From NCBI GenBank assembly GCA_964485265.1, contig CAZAIU010000006.1:6884-70883 (forward strand): a DNA stretch of 64,000 nt, read 5' to 3'. Both the position numbers and the translations under genes were made by a program. Shown here one piece after another: positions 58,339-64,000 of this stretch (the first letter of the stretch is position 1; each line of letters begins with the position of its first letter). Under the pieces are notes generated by a model. The model was given only the letters and a program-made list of their open reading frames with translations. It ran no database searches and had not been told where the DNA came from. The DNA is from an uncultured Oscillospiraceae bacterium. Lineage in GTDB: Bacteria > Bacillota > Clostridia > Oscillospirales > Oscillospiraceae.

Positions 58339-59138
58339 AGGATATCACACTCGGTCAGTATTTCCCCGGAAGCAGCTTTATACATCGGCTGGATTCTAGA
58401 ACAAAAATTGTTTTTGTTTTTGTGTACATCATCACGCTTTTTTTTGCAAAATCTTACTTGAGCTATGGTATTCTGCTTTTTGTGCTGGCAGTGTCTGTGG
58501 CAATATCCAAAATCAGCCCAAAGTCCCTGCTTAAAGGACTTAAGCCTGTTATTTTTATCATTGTATTTACAGCGATTTTAAACCTGTTTTATACAAAAAC
58601 CGGCAGAGAGCTTTTTAGCTTTTGGATATTCACCGTAACAACCGACGGCATAAAAATAGCATTTTTTATGGTTTTGCGCATAATGCTGCTGATTTCCTCC
58701 ACTTTTCTTCTTACCTACACCACCACGCCCATGTCCTTAACTGACGGCTTGGAGCTGCTTCTTTCTCCCCTTAAAAAACTCCGTGTTCCGGTCCATGAGT
58801 TTTCAATGATGATGAGCATAGCTCTGCGTTTCATTCCCACCCTTATTGAAGAGGCGGACAAAATCATGAGTGCACAGAAGGCACGGGGCGCAGACTTTGA
58901 AACCGGAAAGCTGCTGGATAGAGCAAAGGCGCTGCTTCCCCTGCTTGTTCCTCTTTTTGTGAGCGCTTTCAGGCGTGCTGATGAGCTTGCTGTTGCGATG
59001 GAAGCGCGCTGCTATCACGGCGGTGACGGCAGAACGCGGATGAACAGCCTTATTCTTCGGGGAACCGACTGGACAGTTATGGGCTTTTCTGTGCTTCTGA
59101 TTACGGGCATCATTCTTTTAACGAGGTTCGGATTATGA
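58332..59138 (+). CDS. ecfT: Energy-coupling factor transporter transmembrane subunit EcfT
   Basis: 268 aa (...HRLDSRTKI...ARG...). The GTG start overlaps ecfA2. Confidence 0.9.
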   Translation: MLKDITLGQYFPGSSFIHRLDSRTKIVFVFVYIITLFFAKSYLSYGILLFVLAVSVAISKISPKSLLKGLKPVIFIIVFTAILNLFYTKTGRELFSFWIFTVTTDGIKIAFFMVLRIMLLISSTFLLTYTTTPMSLTDGLELLLSPLKKLRVPVHEFSMMMSIALRFIPTLIEEADKIMSAQKARGADFETGKLLDRAKALLPLLVPLFVSAFRRADELAVAMEARCYHGGDGRTRMNSLILRGTDWTVMGFSVLLITGIILLTRFGL

Positions 59139-59896
59139 GAAATATCGCCCTGCGCCTTAGCTATGACGGCACTAACTATCATGGCTGGCAGGTACAGAAA
59201 AACGAAATAACTGTTGCGGAAACACTGGAAAAGGCACTTTCAAAAATCTGTGAGCACCCCGTAAAGGTTGTGGGCTGCGGTCGCACCGACGCAGGAGTTC
59301 ACGCGTTGCGCTATTGCGCAAACTTCAAAACAGATTGCCGCATTCCGATAGACCGTATTCCCTTGGCTGTGAATTCTCAGCTGCCTACTGATATTGCGGC
59401 AATTAGCGCTGTTGAAGCGCCCGAAGGCTTTAACTCCATACTTTCCTGCAAGCAAAAGGAATATATTTATCAAATACACAACTCCCGAATACGAGACCCA
59501 TTTTTAATCAGACACACTTGTTTTTTCCCCGCTCCTCTTGCCGTTGAAAAAATGCAGGAGGCGGCAGGTGCATTTGTCGGCACTCACGATTTCAAGGCTG
59601 TGCGAAGCGTGGGTACAGAAACCAAAACCACAGTCAGAACTATCCACTGGTGCGATATACAGCAGCAGGATCAGCTTATAACTATGCGTGTGTGCGCAAA
59701 CGGCTTTCTTTACAATATGGTTCGTGCAATAGCAGGAACCGTTGTGTACGCGGGGCTGGGAAAGCTTAGTCCCAAGGATATACCCGAGCTGCTTAATCTC
59801 GGTGACAGGCGGCTTACCGGTCCTACAATGCCGCCCCAGGGGCTGTTTATGTCAAGAGTATGGTACGATGGTGTTGTTGGGCACATGATGGAATAA
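59135..59896 (+). CDS. truA: tRNA pseudouridine(38-40) synthase
   Basis: ...GCGRTDAGVHAL... contains the catalytic Asp motif. The ATGA overlap with ecfT indicates coupling. Confidence 0.9.
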   Translation: MRNIALRLSYDGTNYHGWQVQKNEITVAETLEKALSKICEHPVKVVGCGRTDAGVHALRYCANFKTDCRIPIDRIPLAVNSQLPTDIAAISAVEAPEGFNSILSCKQKEYIYQIHNSRIRDPFLIRHTCFFPAPLAVEKMQEAAGAFVGTHDFKAVRSVGTETKTTVRTIHWCDIQQQDQLITMRVCANGFLYNMVRAIAGTVVYAGLGKLSPKDIPELLNLGDRRLTGPTMPPQGLFMSRVWYDGVVGHMME

Positions 59897-59956
59897 TTAT
59901 ATTAATAAAACAGTTTCTGTTTTATTAATATAACCAATATAACGGCGCTCCGCGCC

Positions 59957-59983
59957 ATTAAAACTGTCCAAGACAGTTTTAAT
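59957..59983 (+). terminator. Terminator-like hairpin after truA, the second of two AT-rich hairpins
   Basis: ATTAAAACTGTC-CAA-GACAGTTTTAAT. An earlier hairpin lies at 59900-59930 (TATTAATAAAACAG-TTT-CTGTTTTATTAATA). Confidence 0.5.
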
Positions 59984-60150
59984 AAAGCGAAGATAAATTT
60001 GGATTTCGTGTCATTTGTTTATTCACAAATAGTCTATTCTTTTTAAAAAAAATATGCTATACTGACCGTAATTCTAATTATTTGTATTAAACACTACCGT
60101 AAAAGCAATCAAAACCCTTGAGTTTTGATAATCGGTTTGGAGCTGCTAAT

Positions 60151-61278
60151 ATGGCTGTTAGAGCACAACGAAGACGAAAAAAGAACTCAAAACACATACT
60201 GGCGATTATCACAACCTTGCTTGTAATTATCGGTGCAATAATGCTTTTCCTCTATAGGGACAAGCTTTCAGATGCACTTTCCGACACCTCAGGCTCGGGC
60301 GGTGAGGTTTTTTCCGATTCCGAACCTTTTACATATGAAAACGGTTCGCGGCAGCTTTTCGGTCTTGTAGGTGATAATCTTGCAATTTCCTCTTCCACCG
60401 GGCTTCAGGTGCTGGACAGCAACGGAAAAACAATATGCCGTCAGGTTTTTTCCATGACAAATCCCGGTCTGAGCTCCGGGGAGGACTTTTGTGCATTTTA
60501 CGATGTCGGCGGAAAATCCCTGCGTGTTTTAAGAAACGGTGACTGTACCAATCTTGACACTGAATACCCAATAATATCTGTTTCAGCCGGCAGCGCGGGA
60601 CATCTTGCCGTTGCGGAACAGGAGTCCGGCTACAAGGGCGCGGTCACAGTTTATGACAGCAGCAACGCACCCGTATACAAGTGGTATTCAGGCACAGGTT
60701 ATGTTCTTGACGCTATGGTATCACCTGACGGAGCTTCCCTTGCAGTTTTGTGTGTAGATGGGACTGGCAGCGTCCTCCATTTTTTCAAGCTTAACAGCGA
60801 GGAGGAATACTCCAGCGTTTCTATTCCAAACGAGCTTGCCTTCAAGCTGTCTTACATGAAAAGCGGTGAGCTTTGCGTACTGTCCGAAAATGCAATACAC
60901 TTTTTCAGCGGCAGCGGAAAACAATTGCAGTTTTATTCCTTTGGCGAAAGCTATTTGGCTAAATATGAGCTGTCAAGCGAAATATGTGCCGTTGTCTTGA
61001 ACAAATATCTGTCCGGCAGCGAGGTTACGCTTTTAAGCTTTTCTTCAGACGGCAACGTTCTCGGCACTGTCAGCTTGACCGTTGAGCCGGTTTCATTATT
61101 TGCACAAAAACAAAAACTTCTTACTCTGTGTACAGATGAAATTTTTGTTTTTTCCCGTGAACTGCGCACTCTTTCCCAAGGGCGTGTTGTTCCCGGAAGC
61201 AAAAGCGCAGTCCTTACCCCCCGCGGCGGCATCTATCTGCTGTCCTCCCATTATGCTGAAAAATACGATATGCAATAA
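60151..61278 (+). CDS. Membrane-anchored hypothetical protein with a repeat-rich extracytoplasmic domain (possibly DUF5711-like)
   Basis: The ATG at 60151 follows GGAG. The basic N-terminus (RAQRRRKKNSKH) is followed by one TM segment and a beta-rich region. Confidence 0.5.
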   Translation: MAVRAQRRRKKNSKHILAIITTLLVIIGAIMLFLYRDKLSDALSDTSGSGGEVFSDSEPFTYENGSRQLFGLVGDNLAISSSTGLQVLDSNGKTICRQVFSMTNPGLSSGEDFCAFYDVGGKSLRVLRNGDCTNLDTEYPIISVSAGSAGHLAVAEQESGYKGAVTVYDSSNAPVYKWYSGTGYVLDAMVSPDGASLAVLCVDGTGSVLHFFKLNSEEEYSSVSIPNELAFKLSYMKSGELCVLSENAIHFFSGSGKQLQFYSFGESYLAKYELSSEICAVVLNKYLSGSEVTLLSFSSDGNVLGTVSLTVEPVSLFAQKQKLLTLCTDEIFVFSRELRTLSQGRVVPGSKSAVLTPRGGIYLLSSHYAEKYDMQ

Positions 61279-61348
61279 ATATAAATCAGCCTGTAATAGC
61301 TGAAAAAACAAAAAGTACTGATTAGGTTTCTAAAATGTGAGGTAAGAT

Positions 61349-62074
61349 ATGAAAATAGCGGTTGAATTGATTCTTCTGGTGGTACTACTGTTATGTGTAT
61401 GGAACGGTTATAAAAAAGGTCTTGTTATGTGCATAGGTACCATACTTGCAATAATAATATCTCTATATATGGGTGACCTTTTATCAAACACCTTTTCGCA
61501 GGAGATAGCGCCGGTTGTCCGTCCCTTTGCCTCCGGGTATATGGACGGCAGTGACGGTATTATTGACAAAAACCTTGATGAGCTGCTCGGCGGTACCGAG
61601 GTTCAGCTCTCAATTGAGGATGCCTTGGAACGTCACCCGGAGATCAAATTTGAATTGGCCGAAAACAGCTTTAAGGATGTTGGCATTTACGAAGAATCTG
61701 CAAAGCGCATGGCAAACGAGGCAGTGGCTCTGGCAGATAAAACCGATATCACTCTTTCCAACGCAATTGTTGATATTCTCTGCTCAAATCTCACATATTA
61801 CCTTTGCTTTATTCTATTCTTTGTTCTTGTTCTTATTATTTTCACCGTTCTTGGCAACATTCTCAATCTAAGCTTTAAAATTCCAGAAAAGGATAAGCTG
61901 AACGATATCGGTGGAATTGTTGCAGGCGCTGTAACCGGTCTTATTTTCTGTATCATTACCGTTTGGTCGTTCAGATTTTTAGGGAAGCTGTTTCCCGAAG
62001 AGGAAATGAAAAGGACACTGCTTACAGCTTTGTTTATGAAGCTTGACTTTTTGTCCTTATTCCTGCCACTCTAA
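61349..62074 (+). CDS. cvpA: CvpA-family membrane protein
   Basis: 241 aa (MKIAVELILLVVLLLCVWNGYKKGLV...), a typical CvpA N-terminus. Confidence 0.7.
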   Translation: MKIAVELILLVVLLLCVWNGYKKGLVMCIGTILAIIISLYMGDLLSNTFSQEIAPVVRPFASGYMDGSDGIIDKNLDELLGGTEVQLSIEDALERHPEIKFELAENSFKDVGIYEESAKRMANEAVALADKTDITLSNAIVDILCSNLTYYLCFILFFVLVLIIFTVLGNILNLSFKIPEKDKLNDIGGIVAGAVTGLIFCIITVWSFRFLGKLFPEEEMKRTLLTALFMKLDFLSLFLPL

Positions 62075-62151
62075 GCTTTTTCCACGGCGCGGCTGCAGCA
62101 ACCGCGATATTCCGTGTACTCCAACTCTTACTATTGCAAGGAGAATAAAAT

Positions 62152-64000
62152 ATGCAGCCTTCAATTTGCTCCCGTTGTAAAAAAAACATGGCTATGATTT
62201 TTATTTCAAAGGTCGAAAACGGAGAAACAAAAAATGAAGGTCTCTGCCTTAAGTGCGCCAGAGAGCTTCATGTTAAACCGGTTGAGGAAATTATCGCACG
62301 TATGGGTATTTCCGATGAAGAACTGGATTCTATCTCTTCTGAAATGACCGAGGCTATCGGCGGAATTGATGGTCTCAAGGACCTTGACTCTCCCGAGGAT
62401 GACTCCGACGAAACAGGAAAAACCGCCACCTTCCCTTACCTGAGCCGGCTTTTCGGCAGTGATAGTGCTTTTAATCCCCTAAGCGATGCGTATCCCCAGC
62501 CTGTTCAGCCGCCTATTGAAAATCATCCGCCAAAGCAGCCCGGCAAGGACAGTGCCTCTCGCACAAGCACAAAGCGCAAGTTCCTTGACAACTACTGCAT
62601 AAACCTCACTGAGCGTGCCAATGAGGGCAGACTTGACAATATGATAGGCCGCGAGGAGGAGCTTGAACGAGTGATTCAAATTCTCAATCGCCGTCAAAAA
62701 AACAATCCCTGTCTCATCGGCGAACCGGGTGTGGGCAAAACAGCCATTGCCGAGGGGCTTGCACAGCGAATTTCCAGCGGAAAGGTCCCTTACAAGCTCA
62801 GAGACAAAGAGGTAATGCTCCTAGACCTTACAGCGCTTGTTGCCGGTACGCAGTTCCGCGGTCAATTTGAAAGCCGAATGAAGGGTCTGATTGAAGAAAT
62901 CCGCAAGGAAGGCAACATTATCCTTGTTATTGACGAGGTGCACAACATCGTAGGCGCAGGAGATGCCGAGGGTAGCATGAACGCTGCAAACATCCTCAAG
63001 CCTGCGCTCTCCCGGGGCGAAATTCAGGTTATCGGCGCAACCACCTTCACTGAATACCGCAAGCATATTGAAAAGGATTCCGCACTGGAGCGCCGCTTTC
63101 AGCCTGTTACCGTTGCAGAGCCCTCCATTGGTGACAGTGTTGATATCTTAAAGGGCATTGCCCATTATTACGAGGATTATCACGGTGTTGCAATCTCTGA
63201 GGATATGTGTAAAAAAGCCGTTACTATGTCCGAGCGCTATATTACAGACCGCTATCTTCCCGACAAGGCAATCGATTTGATCGATGAGGCATGCTCGGAT
63301 GTAAATCTAAAAAATCCGGACATCGAGCGCACTAGCTCAATAGAAAAAGAGCTTGCCGACCTTGACCGTGAGCGCGAGCTTTTGCTTGCAGACACCGACA
63401 ACGATAACTTTGAGCGTCTTGCGATAATTCGCAGTCAAACTCTACAGCTTACCGATGAGCAGACCGTTCTCAAGGCAAAGGGTAAACCTGCACTTTCCAC
63501 TGAAAACCTTGCAAGAGTGATTGAGCTGTGGACTAAAATTCCCGCAAGTAATATTCGCGAGGACGAATTTGACCGTCTTTCCCAGCTCCATACACGCTTG
63601 AAGGAGCATATAATCGGACAGGATGAGGCCGTTGATGTTGTCTGCTCCGCAATTAAACGCAACCGCGTTGGTTTGGCGGCAAAGCACAAGCCTGTCAGCT
63701 TTATCTTCGTTGGCAGCACCGGTGTGGGTAAAACCGAGCTTGTTAAACGTCTTTCCGAGGACTTGTTTAATTCTCCTGAGTCACTTATTCGCTTTGACAT
63801 GTCAGAGTTCATGGAGAAGCATTCCGTCTCCCGTATAATAGGATCACCTCCCGGCTATGTGGGCTACGATGAGGCAGGACAGCTTACTGAAAAAATTCGC
63901 CGCAAGCCCTATTCTGTTGTGCTGTTTGATGAAATTGAGAAAGCACACCCTGACGTTCTGAACGTTCTTCTGCAAATTCTTGACGATGGTCGTATAACCG
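62152..64000 (+). CDS. clpE: ClpE-like Clp/Hsp100 AAA+ ATPase, N-terminal part only; continues beyond the right edge
   Basis: The frame is open from the ATG at 62152 (after AAGGAGA) to the window end, so it is not in the ORF track. My translation gives [17 protein letters not shown]...[10 protein letters not shown] (CX2C-X22-CX2C), Walker [15 protein letters not shown], a second Walker A GSTGVGKT and LFDEIEKAH. Confidence 0.85.
   Translation, partial: MQPSICSRCKKNMAMIFISKVENGETKNEGLCLKCARELHVKPVEEIIARMGISDEELDSISSEMTEAIGGIDGLKDLDSPEDDSDETGKTATFPYLSRLFGSDSAFNPLSDAYPQPVQPPIENHPPKQPGKDSASRTSTKRKFLDNYCINLTERANEGRLDNMIGREEELERVIQILNRRQKNNPCLIGEPGVGKTAIAEGLAQRISSGKVPYKLRDKEVMLLDLTALVAGTQFRGQFESRMKGLIEEIRKEGNIILVIDEVHNIVGAGDAEGSMNAANILKPALSRGEIQVIGATTFTEYRKHIEKDSALERRFQPVTVAEPSIGDSVDILKGIAHYYEDYHGVAISEDMCKKAVTMSERYITDRYLPDKAIDLIDEACSDVNLKNPDIERTSSIEKELADLDRERELLLADTDNDNFERLAIIRSQTLQLTDEQTVLKAKGKPALSTENLARVIELWTKIPASNIREDEFDRLSQLHTRLKEHIIGQDEAVDVVCSAIKRNRVGLAAKHKPVSFIFVGSTGVGKTELVKRLSEDLFNSPESLIRFDMSEFMEKHSVSRIIGSPPGYVGYDEAGQLTEKIRRKPYSVVLFDEIEKAHPDVLNVLLQILDDGRIT

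Overview
The window looks like chromosomal sequence from a spore-forming Firmicute of the class Clostridia; the taxon is an inference from gene content. It carries sleB-like, yunB and spoIIR sporulation genes, an SLH-domain wall protein, ECF transporter genes and V/A-type ATPase genes. Nearly everything is densely packed housekeeping: pta, rpsF-ssb-rpsR, rnj, recR, rpe, murD, two M42 peptidases, ligA, murT-gatD, fchA-folD, apgM, ispE, ecfA1-ecfA2-ecfT-truA, and a ClpE-like ATPase running off the right edge. I found no CRISPR array, rRNA/tRNA gene, transposase, integrase, prophage or recognisable phage-defence module. I cannot point to a clear-cut new system and rank only the following as worth a second look. 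(1) A complete nine-gene V/A-type ATPase operon (37969-47030, minus strand) whose I subunit carries an in-frame, diverged internal tandem duplication with a 594-nt period. Its proteolipid also looks atypical. A second, paralogous V-ATPase operon begins at the left edge (1-2062). (2) A more AT-rich accessory block (about 25.8-33.2 kb). It holds an orphan AgrC/LytTR-type two-component system, two unrelated YtrA-type GntR plus ABC exporter modules and a CPBP/Abi intramembrane protease. No peptide or bacteriocin gene is visible there. (3) A well-supported yybP-ykoY (Mn2+) riboswitch with a terminator expression platform in front of a Ca2+/Mn2+-type P-type ATPase. (4) Several unexplained cis elements: GC-rich hairpins in the rpe leader, a long leader before a 71-aa protein, an AGTCCCAC(T) motif cluster, and PadR and GntR operator-like repeats. 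Several ORF-track starts were moved to downstream ATG codons with better Shine-Dalgarno spacing. Two edge-truncated genes that are absent from the ORF track were translated by eye.
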